Assembly: GCA_031258205.1 (NCBI GenBank)
Contig: JAIRNE010000010.1
Location: forward strand, 1 to 61,350
From: Campylobacteraceae bacterium
GTDB lineage: Bacteria > Campylobacterota > Campylobacteria > Campylobacterales > Campylobacteraceae
DNA length: 61,350 nt
Direction: 5' to 3'
The position numbers and the translations under genes were made by a program. Positions 18,680 through 30,300 of the stretch are shown piece by piece. Below the pieces are notes generated by a model that did not search any database, was not told the origin of the DNA, and was given only the letters and a program-made list of their open reading frames with translations. Every line of letters begins with the position of its first letter. The stretch's first letter is position 1.

Positions 18680-18950
18680 AAAAGTTACAACTTTTTCAGA
18701 GTATATGTCTGATGAAAACCGCGTCAGCTTGATAGAGCGTGAAAAGATTGATTTTGAGGTAGAGCTTATAGGAAAAATGATTGAATTGCGAAAGAAAAAA
18801 GGATTATCACAGCGAGAACTTGCACTCTTAAGCGGACTGAAACAGCCTGCTATAGCAAGGCTTGAGAGTTTCCAGAGCACGCCGCAGATAGATACGCTTA
18901 TAAAGGCGCTTCGTCCTCTTGGTTACACGATTAGTTTGATGAAGTTATAA
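18669..18950 (+). CDS. XRE-family HTH antitoxin (HigA-like)
   Basis: LRKKKGLSQRELALLSGLKQPAIARLES is a Cro/C1 HTH. It overlaps the toxin by 11 nt. Confidence 0.8.
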   Translation: MNTKKVTTFSEYMSDENRVSLIEREKIDFEVELIGKMIELRKKKGLSQRELALLSGLKQPAIARLESFQSTPQIDTLIKALRPLGYTISLMKL

Positions 18951-19019
18951 ACATATAGAACAGCTTAAAAGGATAGAAATCATACTCTTGTCCTCTCATT
19001 GATACGGTTGGCGCGGTTT

Positions 19020-19235
19020 AGGTCTGGATTGCTTCGTCAGTCGCTTCGCTCCTTCCTCGCAATGACGAAGGAATATGTCATTGCGAGCGCGGCAATCCGC
19101 ACCATGACATTGCACATTCCCCCCCCCTGTCATTGCGAGCAAACACCACCCCGTCATTGCGAGCGACTAACGGGAGCGCGGCAATCCAGCAATGCGAAGC
19201 GTTAATAGACAAACTAAAATAAAATAATTAAAAAA
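19020..19235. repeat. MITE/REP-like cluster with a truncated core A
   Basis: A right arm (19023-19067) is followed by four left arms. GTTAATAGACAAACTAAAATAAAATAATTA (19201-19230) breaks off after ~30 nt. Confidence 0.8.
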
Positions 19236-19384
19236 ACGACAACTTTACCATATTTAAAGCAGACAAAAATTATCCGCAAACTCAAAATATTTTAAAAATT
19301 GTAATTTAAATGACAGATTTTTATAAAAAATAAAGTTACATAAACTTATAATACTGCTTATAATTTTATGCTTAAGGAGCAAAA

Positions 19385-20548
19385 ATGAAATTGACTAAGT
19401 TAAGTTTAGCCGCGATAGTAGCGGTAGGTGCTTTAGGCTCATTCGCAAGCGCGACTCCATTGGAAGAGGCTATCAAAGGCGTTGACGTAAGCGGTTTTGC
19501 AAGATTAAGATATACGCATAACACTGTAAGCGTAACAGGCGCTGACGATGTAACAGGTGAAGCCATCAGAGTTTCAGGCGAGTTAAATATAGTAGCTCCC
19601 GTAGCCGACGGATTGGCTTTTGGTACGACTTTGGCTACAGACGGATATAACAATCCTGACACTTTAGCAAGCGCTCCAACAGGCGATTTAGGAATTGGCG
19701 TTGTAGGCGGAAGCGGATCATTTTACTTTGATAAATATTATTTCTTGTACACGGGTATTCAAGACTTAGCTATCATTGCAGGTAAATATACTATTCCTGC
19801 TCCATGGGCTGAGTCAGGTTTTAACGGCGACAGAGGCAACGGCGTAGTAGCGTTGTACTCAGGCGTAAAAGATTGGACATTTGCGGGTGCATTGTATTTG
19901 CAGACAAACGGTTTCCTTGATACAAACTTATTGAGTAATCTTGGCAACGATGTAGGACATGAGAATCTATATGCTGTAGGAGCTATCGGTAAAATAGGTC
20001 CTGTTGATTTGCAATTCTGGGGTGCAAGTTTAGAGAAAATCATAGACTACACAGTATATGCAAATGCGGCTTTTGAGTTAAACGGTTTCAACGCAAGAGC
20101 TCAAGTAAACTACTTAGCAACTCATGAAGACTCTCCTTTATATGCTGATGAGTCTGGTATATTCTACGGTATTGAGGGCGGATACAAAAATGATCAATTC
20201 TTCGTAACCGCAGGCTACACCAAGACAGATAAAGATCAGCCTGTCTACGCGCTTGACGACGATAACGACGGCTTTATCAAATTTGGTCAGCAGCTCTATT
20301 ATGCAACAACAAATATACCTGACACGCCTACATACTTTGTAAAAGGCGGTGCGACATTCGGCAAAGCAGGCGTTGAGCTTGGTTATGGCGCTGCTGATTT
20401 AATTGGCGCAGTAGATATCAGCGAGATTTACGGACTTGTCTCTTATCAGCTTGCTCCTAAATTCAATGTAGAGTTATACTACTCATATCTTGATTTGGAT
20501 GTTGCTGAGAACAGCGAAATTCAGTTAGAACTTAAATATACTTTCTAA
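19385..20548 (+). CDS. Major outer membrane protein (MOMP/PorA-family porin), paralog 2
   Basis: MKLTKLSLAAIVAVGALGSFASATPLEEAIKGVDVSGFARLRY. It is collinear with paralog 1 (DKYYF, RGNGVVALYS, YLQTN, GGYKN.QF.VTAGYT, FIKFGQQLYY, ELYYSYLDLD) and ends in F. Confidence 0.9.
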   Translation: MKLTKLSLAAIVAVGALGSFASATPLEEAIKGVDVSGFARLRYTHNTVSVTGADDVTGEAIRVSGELNIVAPVADGLAFGTTLATDGYNNPDTLASAPTGDLGIGVVGGSGSFYFDKYYFLYTGIQDLAIIAGKYTIPAPWAESGFNGDRGNGVVALYSGVKDWTFAGALYLQTNGFLDTNLLSNLGNDVGHENLYAVGAIGKIGPVDLQFWGASLEKIIDYTVYANAAFELNGFNARAQVNYLATHEDSPLYADESGIFYGIEGGYKNDQFFVTAGYTKTDKDQPVYALDDDNDGFIKFGQQLYYATTNIPDTPTYFVKGGATFGKAGVELGYGAADLIGAVDISEIYGLVSYQLAPKFNVELYYSYLDLDVAENSEIQLELKYTF

Positions 20549-20565
20549 TCTGAGTTAAACTTCTT

Positions 20566-20606
20566 ATCCCGACGGACGGTTCGCCGCTGTCGGGATTTCT
20601 GTTTTT
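20566..20606 (+). terminator. Rho-independent terminator after porin 2
   Basis: ATCCCGAC...GTCGGGAT forms a stem with an inner CGG/CCG extension, followed by TTTCTGTTTTT. Confidence 0.7.
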
Positions 20607-20847
20607 ATGCCTCCTTAAAAAAGCCTTTTGTTAAAAATGCGCTGATGATTATTACGCAGTTAATTTCATTTTTTGTTACTCAAAGCCCGCTCAAATTTCG
20701 TTTCGTCATTTTTCAATTTCATTTTTACTACTCCTTTTGTTACTGCTGACGCTTTCTACGGCAAGGGGCTTGAAAAAGCCTTTGTTACTGCGGGCGTTGG
20801 ATAAATGCTAAAAATCTTATCTTATTTAATGGATAAAAGCATTAACC

Positions 20848-21060
20848 GTTTTATTTTATCTATATTAATAATTCCTCCGGATTGCTTCGTCAGTCGCTTC
20901 GCTCGCAATGACGGAATGGGGGGCGTAATGATGGAATGGGAGAGGCGTAATGAGAGAGGAAGATGGATTGCCACGCTTCGCTCGCAATGACGGAATGGGG
21001 AGGGGCGCGATGACGGAGAGTGAGGCAATGACGGAATGGGGAGGGGCGCGATGACGGAAA
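20848..21060. repeat. Repeat cluster of right arms only, with a partial core B
   Basis: The 3' part of core B (TTTTATTTTATCTATATTAATAATTCCTCCGGATTGCTTCGTC) is followed by CGCTCGCAATGACGGAATGGGG units. AATGACGGAATGGGGAGGGGCGCGATGACGGA is duplicated at ~20986 and ~21026. Confidence 0.8.
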
Positions 21061-21366
21061 AAGTCTGCATGCGTGAAAATCTTGTAAAAATTTTTTAAAG
21101 GGGAATATTTAATCCCTACCATTTATATAGACAAACGTTTAGAGGAGTATTTTTATTAAAGATTTGCGCGCGCTAAAATGCTCATAAAAGTTTTTTGAAT
21201 GAATTAAATCAAATTTTATAAAATAAATGATAATATTGCTAATTTAGTCTTAATCTTTGTCCGTGCCGTGTAAAATAGAGCGTTTTTTAATCAAAACGGC
21301 GTTTTTTACAGTAGATGGACGGATTAAGCTTATTTTTGTACCGCAGTTAAACGAGGGGTTATACAA

Positions 21367-24300
21367 ATGTCAGAGCTAAAGTCATATCCGTTTTCTATCG
21401 GCTATTTTTTTAAAAAAGTATTGTTTAGCGGTTTTTTGAAAAAAACATCGTTTTCCATCAGTTGTTTTCTAAAAAGCGCACTGTTTAGCGGTTTTCCGAA
21501 AAGAACATTGTTTTCTATCGGTTGTTTGAAAAAAATCACTCTTAGTTTCATAGGCGCGGCAGTTTTGAGTACAAGCGCTTATGCGGCTACTTGGAATTGC
21601 AATTATCTATACATTTCCGGCAGCAGTATCATGTCATTTAATCCAGCTAACGGCGCAATAAATACCCAAGATGTCGGTTATGGTGCGGCTACTATAGCAT
21701 TAGGACCGGTTGCGGGAAATATGAACATGCTTAGAATGCGCTACTGGAATTATGGCGGCGGCACAATATACTATTCTGACTCCGGCGCGACGTCATGGAC
21801 AAACTCAGGCTTAAGTTCCGATTTTCTTGGCACCAGCCTTACAAACGGCGGCGAAATAAATCAGCTGACCGCAGAGATATATATCACGGGCGCGGCAAGT
21901 AACGATGACGCTTATACCGGCACCAGCACCAGCTCTACGGGCTCTTTCAGGATAGGCGTATATAGCCCTCCTTATGGCACAGCCAATCGCCGTGTAAGTC
22001 CGGTTATAACTCCCGGCATATCATACGCCGTAGCTTCCGATATGGCGATAGACGCGGATGGAAATGCGTATATACTGGCGAGGTACAGCGGCACTTCTTA
22101 CTCTTTGATACGCATCAATATGAAAGATCAAAACGGCAACTTTTTACCCACGCCATGGTATGGTACCGCTATCAAAACCGGTATCATTTTAAGCAGCGCC
22201 AGTTCGTACTCAGGCATATGGGGAATGGCATTTTTAAACGGTAAACTCTATTTTACGCGCAGCGATGATTTATACTCCTTAGATCCGCTCACGGGAGCCG
22301 TAGCGACGGTTAGAACAGACCTGCCCGGCAGCAGCCCGTACGATTTGGCGTCCTGCCAAGTCGCCCCTATTGTTAGAGGCACCGTATATAACGATGCCGA
22401 CGGAGACGGCGTGATAAGCGGCAGCGAAGCGGGCATAAGCGGTTTGACGGTACAGCTCTACAGCGCGGCAGGCAGCCTGCTCAGTACCGCGACTACCGCT
22501 ACTGACGGAACTTACTCTTTTATAATAAACAATTCAAACAACGCGGACTTTTATATCCGCGTCAAACAGCCGTCTATAAACGGCATACATGCGGCTCAGA
22601 CATGGGCTTCGGGAGGGACGTTCACAGACAGAGACAGCAAAATTAACACCGTATATAACTACTGCACGGATTTTACAAACGACGATACCACAGGAAGCTC
22701 GCAAAATCGTACATGCTACGGCGCGAGAGCGGACGGCGTAGATGGCGCGGCAAACGGTATAGCGGGCGTCGCCAACTATTACTCAAGAGTCCATGTAACT
22801 ACAAGCTTAGCCGTTTCGCGCGCTGACTTCGCTTTTTCTACCGCTTCGGACAGAAGCGACTCCAATATCAATGAAGTTTTGCACAATACCGCCATAAAAA
22901 CTACCGGCAACAGCTTGAGAGCGTATCTTGGCGCAAACGTCAGCACAGACGCGGCTTCCATACAAAGCCAGACGGCAGACAGCGACAGTTATGACGACGG
23001 ACTTTACGTTCTTTTAAACGGCAGATATGTTCCTGTGCAGCAGAGAGGTTTTGTACAAAATAGAAATTACAATTTTAGAGCCAATATCAACGGTTCTAAG
23101 AAGAGCGACGCTAAACTCAGCGTTTTTCAAACTCCTCAGACTTCAGTCTCTTGGAGTTCTTTGGGCGCGGCGGATTTGACTGGCAGCGGAAATTATATAA
23201 CTTTCACGGGAGCGCTCACAGCGGCTCCCGGCGCTAACAGTATCATAAGAGCAAGATACAGCACCTCTGCGGGGCTTACGGCGACAGCCAATGCCAGCAC
23301 AAATGCTGCCGATCCTTGGGTATTGGACGGAGAGGTTGAGGATTATCAAGTATATGTAGTGGACAGACAGATAAAACTTGCTCTCAAAACCGTAGGCACT
23401 TCGGGCAACAGCGGCAATTTGACTTTCACTATGACCAACATGCATACAACGTCTCCGTCTTCAGCTTCAGCCGTGATATCTACAGACGCTCCTGACGTGG
23501 TAACGGACGAACCGATAGGGAAAACGCACAGGATAAATACGGCAAACTCTCCTGTCTCTATCACGGTAGATAAGCCTCAGAATTTGGGCATTATCACGAG
23601 CGAGACTACATGCGTGGATTTGACTGACAGTTCCAATGTGCCTTTAACGTTCAGCCGTTATCAAAGCGGCGGCAAATGGTACGACAATGTAACTATAGCG
23701 GCTACTTCCGTAAAAGCGGATTCCGATATAGCGTGCACATTTGCTTACGGTGTGGCTCCCGCTATCAATGTAACGGCTAATATAACTTTAAGGGCTTTTG
23801 CAAACGACCAGTTTAATTTGAGTATTGCCGATACGAATGCAAGTTCTATTCTTACTTCAAACGTTTCAACGGGAACAAACACGGCGGTGAGCGTTTCTAC
23901 CGTACTTGCGGCAGATCACAATAACACCGTCTCCGTCTCAATGGCAGGCGGAAGCACAAGTCCGCTGAGCAGATACGCTCTTGTGGCGATCTGCGACGGC
24001 GTTCAACAGACGGTAACAAACGGAGCGTTCAGCGTATCGCCGACATTCGGGCAAACCGTAAACTGCTCGGTTACCGTCAGTACGTCGTCCGTTCATACGG
24101 GTTATTCCGGCATAGTTGTTATCCCTCATAGTAACGTAGTGGGAAACAGCTCTTTGGTATTGATAACCCTCAAAGACGCCAATAATGTAACTATACCATC
24201 CGGCGGCGACAATGTAACAGTGTTTATAGCATCTCAATCTACAAACGGCGCTTCTCGGCTTTCAAACGGCACACACACGGTAACAGATGGCGTTAATATA

Positions 24301-27300
24301 AGAGCTATAGACCACCATAACGGTTCATACAGCTTAAATCTCACTTCAAATAGTACGGGTAACGGAACCATAAGCTTCTATGTAAACGGCGTTTTGTCTG
24401 CCAACGGCGGCGCATATCAATTTTATGCCGAAGAACCGGATGTAAACAGTACCAATACCACGATACAAATACCTTCGCCGAATGTAGGCGTTTCGCAAAA
24501 CGCGACCGCTTGGATAAGAGTGGTAGATAAATATAATAATCCCGTAACAAATGCCACAGTAGCTCTTTATACCGTAAGTACTACTACCGGAGGCTCTCCT
24601 GTTTTATATAATGCAAACGTTCACAATTTTAATAACGGCACTTATAATGTAAACCTTACAAGCGTACTGCAAGGTAACGTAACGGTAGGCATGAGTATAA
24701 ATCAAGTTACGGTAAACCCTGCGGGACAGTATAAAAACGCTACGGCGCGCTTTTTGGCGACCAATTATAACGCTACGGGCAATTATACTACCATCAAAGC
24801 GGAGCCAAACTCAACAAATGCGGGCAATACCTCTTTAGTAACCGTATATCTTGCAGATAACGACAATAACTCCATAGACGGAAGAAACGTCATAATATAC
24901 GTAAACTCTACAAACGCCGCAAATGCCATCATTACTCCGACTCCCGCTACGGGCTTGGGAGGCGGACTGTATAGCGCAACTCTTACTTCAAACGTATCCG
25001 ACAATTATACCGTAACGTTTAGAGTGGACAGCAATATTAGCAATAAGAGCGCGAATGTGCTTTTCACGGTTAATCCGCCTAAGTTAGATAATAAAACGCT
25101 CTCTTATATAGACGCTACAAATGTCGTTCCGGCAGGCTCTAACTCTACGATAAAAGTATATCTCGCGGACGAATACAATAACTCTATAAAAAATGCGACT
25201 GTGAGCGTGAGAGTATTAGAAAACGACAGCGGCAGTTTTGTCCCTGCAGGCTCAAATAATTCTATCGCTTATACTGCGGACAGTTCTGACCCGAAAGGCG
25301 GATATTATAGAGTTATTTACAGCACCGTAACGGCTCACAACGTAACGTTTGGCTTTAGCGCAAACGGCGTACTTGCTCCTGAGAGCAATAACGATACGAC
25401 AACATTTACAAGCGGAGACGTCGACTTAACTCACGTAAATACTACGTTCGCGGTAACTCCTCATGAAACGGATATAGAAAAGAACGTTACTTTAAGAGTT
25501 CACTTAGTGGATAACCTCAGTAACGTCAGAGCCAGTGAAAATGTAACATTTGTAGTGGTTGGCGCTACTTTTGAAAACGGTACCGCAGCTTCGCTCGCAA
25601 CTATTAATTTAATCGGCAGCGTAACAAATCACGGTAACGGCACATATACGCAAAACGCTTCTACGTCTGTAGCGCAAAACGTTACGTTCAGCTTTGAAGT
25701 GGAGGGTATCGGAGACGGAGTATCTGTCGGCAAAACAGACTGGGCTAAGTTCAAATCCGCAGGCTGGGACATCTCTCATGTCAATACGACTATCACGGCA
25801 ACGCAGTCTGTGGAGGTAAACAGTAACTCTACCGTAACGGTAACGCTGGTAGATAACAAGAATAACCCTGTCAATAACGAAAGCGTTACGATAGTTAGAT
25901 TAAGCGGCGCGGGCGGTACATTTTATCCTGCCGACGCCATTGTAACGCAAGATGGAACGGGTAACGGAAAATATACCGCGCGCTTTACTACGCCTACGGC
26001 AGGAAACGTAACGTTTGGATTTGTCGTGGGCGGAAATTCAAATAACAGTAAAAACGCCAGCACTATATTTAGAAGCGGACAACCAAACAGCACTACTTCC
26101 GAACTTACGTTCAATCCTCCAACTGCGTCTGTGAGCGTAGAGGAGAATTATACCGTTATAGCTGCGATAAAAGATAAAGACAATAACCCTATAAGCGGTA
26201 CAACGGTTAATTTCCGCGTAAACGGCGGCGCGCTTAACGCTCAAACTTGCCAAACCGGCTTAGACGGCAGATGCTCCGTCATATGGACAAGTACCGTTAC
26301 GGGTGACTTTACGATAAACGCTACTATAGGCACGCTTACAAATCATATCAAAAACAGTCCGGCAGATAGAACTTTCACGGCGGGATTAGCCAATGAAACT
26401 ACCTCTACATTTTTATTGGAGCCCGGTCCTAAAACGGTAGGGCAGAGTTTTAATATGAATGCTACCTTAAGAGATAGATTCGGCAACGCGATACCTAATC
26501 AACTTGTATTTTACAGCGTAGAGCCGGCGATAGCAGGAGCTGGATTCGGAGCTGTCGGAGTAGAAACGGACAGCGAGAATAAAACTACGGGAAGCATAGC
26601 AAGAAGCGACAATACGTTCTGGAGCAATATAGCGGGCAGTTATAAAATAACGGTTCGTTTTGGAAGCGCGACCGGACCTGAGATTAGCGGTTCTAACCAA
26701 ACGGCGGTATTTATTCCCGCGCCCGCAAATCAATATACTTCCAATCTTACGGTAACGGGAGCGGGACCTGTGGATTCGGCGGGCGGCTACTATACCGTAA
26801 GAGCGTACGCTAAGGATAATATAGGTCCAAACGCCGTACCTAACGTTAATTTTAATATCGCGGTAACCAACGGCACGCTCTCAAACGGCACATTAAGCGG
26901 AAAAAACATTGTTTGTACCACAAACGCTGCGGGATACTGCGAATTTTTATGGAGCAGTCCATCTGAAAAAGGAGTATTTACCGTAACGGCGGCTTTTACA
27001 AACGGAACGGCGATATCGGGCTCTCCTCAAACAAGAGAGTTTATCTCGGGAGACGCCAACACTACAAATTCACAGCTTGTTATACAAGAAGCGGGTCCAA
27101 AGACCGCAAACGGTACGGATAGATATACGGCGGTGATAACTCTAAGAGACGGCAGTAATATACCTACGGCAGGCTCGGTTTTGGTCAGCGTAACGGGCGG
27201 ATTGTTAGACGGAGCATATACGTCTCAATCTTACGGCGTGGATAACACTACCGGAAGCGTAACGCTCTATTGGTCAAGCTTTGACGCAAATAACTTTACG

Positions 27301-30300
27301 ATAAACGCTTCCATAAGCGGTGGATTGATAACAAACGGCGAGCAGGTAAGAGAGTTTATAACAGGACCTGTGTATCCTGCAAACTCTAACTTTACGATAA
27401 CTCCTTTTTCTGGCGTTACGGCAGATAACGTTTCGGCTTATACGTTAAGAGTAAATATACAAGACGCTTATCATAATAACAGACCGGGAACGGTAGTTAC
27501 GTTTAACGCCGGGGAGGGTTATTTGAATAACGGCACGAGCGCGCCTAAAACTATCGCATGCACTACCGACGCTAACGGAAACTGCACAGTTACATGGGTA
27601 AGCGATAAGGTAGGAAATTTCTCTGTGAGCGCTCTTGCGGGAATTCAGACGATAGGTCAGCTCCAATACAGAGACTTTGTGCAGGGAGCCGCCGATATTA
27701 CCATGTCAAATCTAACGGTATCGCCTGCGACTTCAAGAATAGCGGATAATTCTACCTATTTTACCGCTGTGGCTCGTATCCAAGACGCTTTGGGACATGA
27801 TGTAACCGGAGAGCTTATCACGTTTAGCGTAACGGGCGGATGGATTGATAACGGCACAAATAAAGGTACAACTCTTACATGCGTAACCGCAAGCGGAATT
27901 TGCACCGTCTATTGGAAAAGCGATACGCCCGGCAATCCTACTATCGTCGCAAATATTACAGCCGGACAAGTAGGCACAGCGCAAAGGCAGTTTATCGCTA
28001 CAAACGCTACTGCCGTTAACTCTACGCTTGAAGTTACGCCGGGTGGTCCCGTTACGGCGGGCACAGGCTCTTATACGGCACAAGTAACGGCGATGGATAA
28101 CGGAGGAGTAGCCGCGCCCGGAGCTGTCATTCAGTTTACGGTAAGCGGCGGAGTTTTGAACTCTGATAGCTGCGAAACTAACTCTTCAGGTCAATGCTTT
28201 GTTACATGGACAAGCAATCAAACGGGTAATTTCTCTATCAATGCGACTATAGCCAGCACAAATATCGGAGGAAACGGGGAAGCTCTCAAAGCCTCTCCTC
28301 AGTACAGAGTATTTGAAGCGGATGTGCCGACAGCCGATAATTCAACGCTTGTCATAACCCCAGCTACAAATACGGTTGTCGCAAACAGCGGTAATTATTA
28401 TACGCTTAATATAACTGCGCGCGATACGCATGGAAACGCTGTCCCTAATCAAACTATGAATATCTATATAGGTTACGGAGAGTTAAATAACGTTACAGAT
28501 TTTCCGGCAGGCAGTTTTACTTCAGGCAACAGCTCATGCCTTACAAACGCTACCGGCGGCTGCTTAGTCGCATGGAGAAGCGATAAGGTAGGCGAATATC
28601 CGGTCAATGTTACTATCGCTGGACAAGGCGGCGTTATATACTCTTCCAACGAAGATAAGGCAAGGAGATTTAGGTACGGCGATGTAGGCGAGGGTAACTC
28701 ATACTTTACGGTAACGAGTTATAACATTTCGCAGCCGGATAATATACCTGTCTGCGAAGAGAGCGAAGACTCTATAAATTTATGCGGTACCTATTATAAT
28801 ATTAACGCTTATATAGAGGATAACAGCTCCAATGCTTATGAGGGCGCAAATGTTACGTTTAGAATATTTAGAGACAATGAGCCTGCGAGAGACGCTTATT
28901 TGAACGATCTAATTACGGACGGTTTCCACGGCAACGAGGCGGCTTCATACTCATGCGTTATGAATGCCACAGGCAGATGCTCTGCAAATATTACGCTAAA
29001 AGCCAATATTGCAGGCACATATCAGATATACGCAAGCGTGGGCAGTACGTACATTAAAGGTTTAAATAACAACGACGACACGAAAGTGGAGAGAACGTTT
29101 GTTGCGGCAAAAGCCTCAAATCAAACTTCTCAAATACATTTTAATCCTAACGCAGACAGGTCGGTAGAGGCAGATAACGTCTCTTACTATAGCGTTACGG
29201 TAGAGGTGTTGGACGCTCACTCCAACCCGATTAACGCCACATTGGTTACGTTAAATGTGCCTGCGACAAGCTGGCTTGACAACTCCACCTCCGTTAGTTC
29301 TTCCGTCTCATGCGTCACCGCAGGCAGCGGCAATTGCTCGGTATTATGGAGAAGCGTGCTTGCCGACAATCCTCAAACTATTACGGCGCAGGTTCAAAAC
29401 ATAACGCTTGAGGGAACAAGAACGTTTTTCACGGGCGCGCCAAGCTCCAATACGTCAAATATTACCGTAAGTTCTCACAACATAACGACAGACGAGAATG
29501 TAACCGTAACCGTAACCGTTAACGACGCCAAAGGCAATCCAATCAAAGAGGTCAATCATAATGTGGTTATCTATACGAGTTTGGGCAACTCCTCATTTGT
29601 AGGAGGCACAGCAGGGCATACGGGAACTTTGACAAACGTCAACGGCACTTATACGGCAGTATTGAAATCTGCCAATATAGGCAATACTACGCTTACATTT
29701 ACGGTGGACAGCGTGCCGAGCGACAATACCGAATGGGTCTATTTCAATTCGGGCAAACCGGACGTAAACGGCTCCAATAATAACTCTTATATCAAAGCCG
29801 TAAGTCCTGTAGAAGTAGGAAACAATTCGTTAGTTACCGTATATATTGGAGACAGCAACTCCAATCCTATAGACAATTTAAGCGTTACTATATATATTGT
29901 AGATAACGCCACAAACAGTTCCGCGCTGATTAACGGAAGCGAGCAGGTTACGATAAACGGCGGAACGGGCGGAAACTATACGGCTAATTTGACCGCTTTA
30001 AATCAAGGAAACGTTACGGTAAGCTTTATCGTAAACGATATACCCGTGAATGCCAACGATGTTGGAAAGAATGCTACCGTTATGTTTAAAACGGGTATTC
30101 CAAACGCCAACAATTCGGATATTTACGTTATTCATGATATAGATAATACCACAAACGCTTCGGCGGACGGCGTAGACTACTATACCGTAACGGTTATCGT
30201 GAAAGACGCCTATAACTCGACCGCTACGAATGGTATAGTTATTGACTTTGAAGTGGACAAAGGCAGACTCTCAGAGGATAATAACACTTTGGGCGCATAC

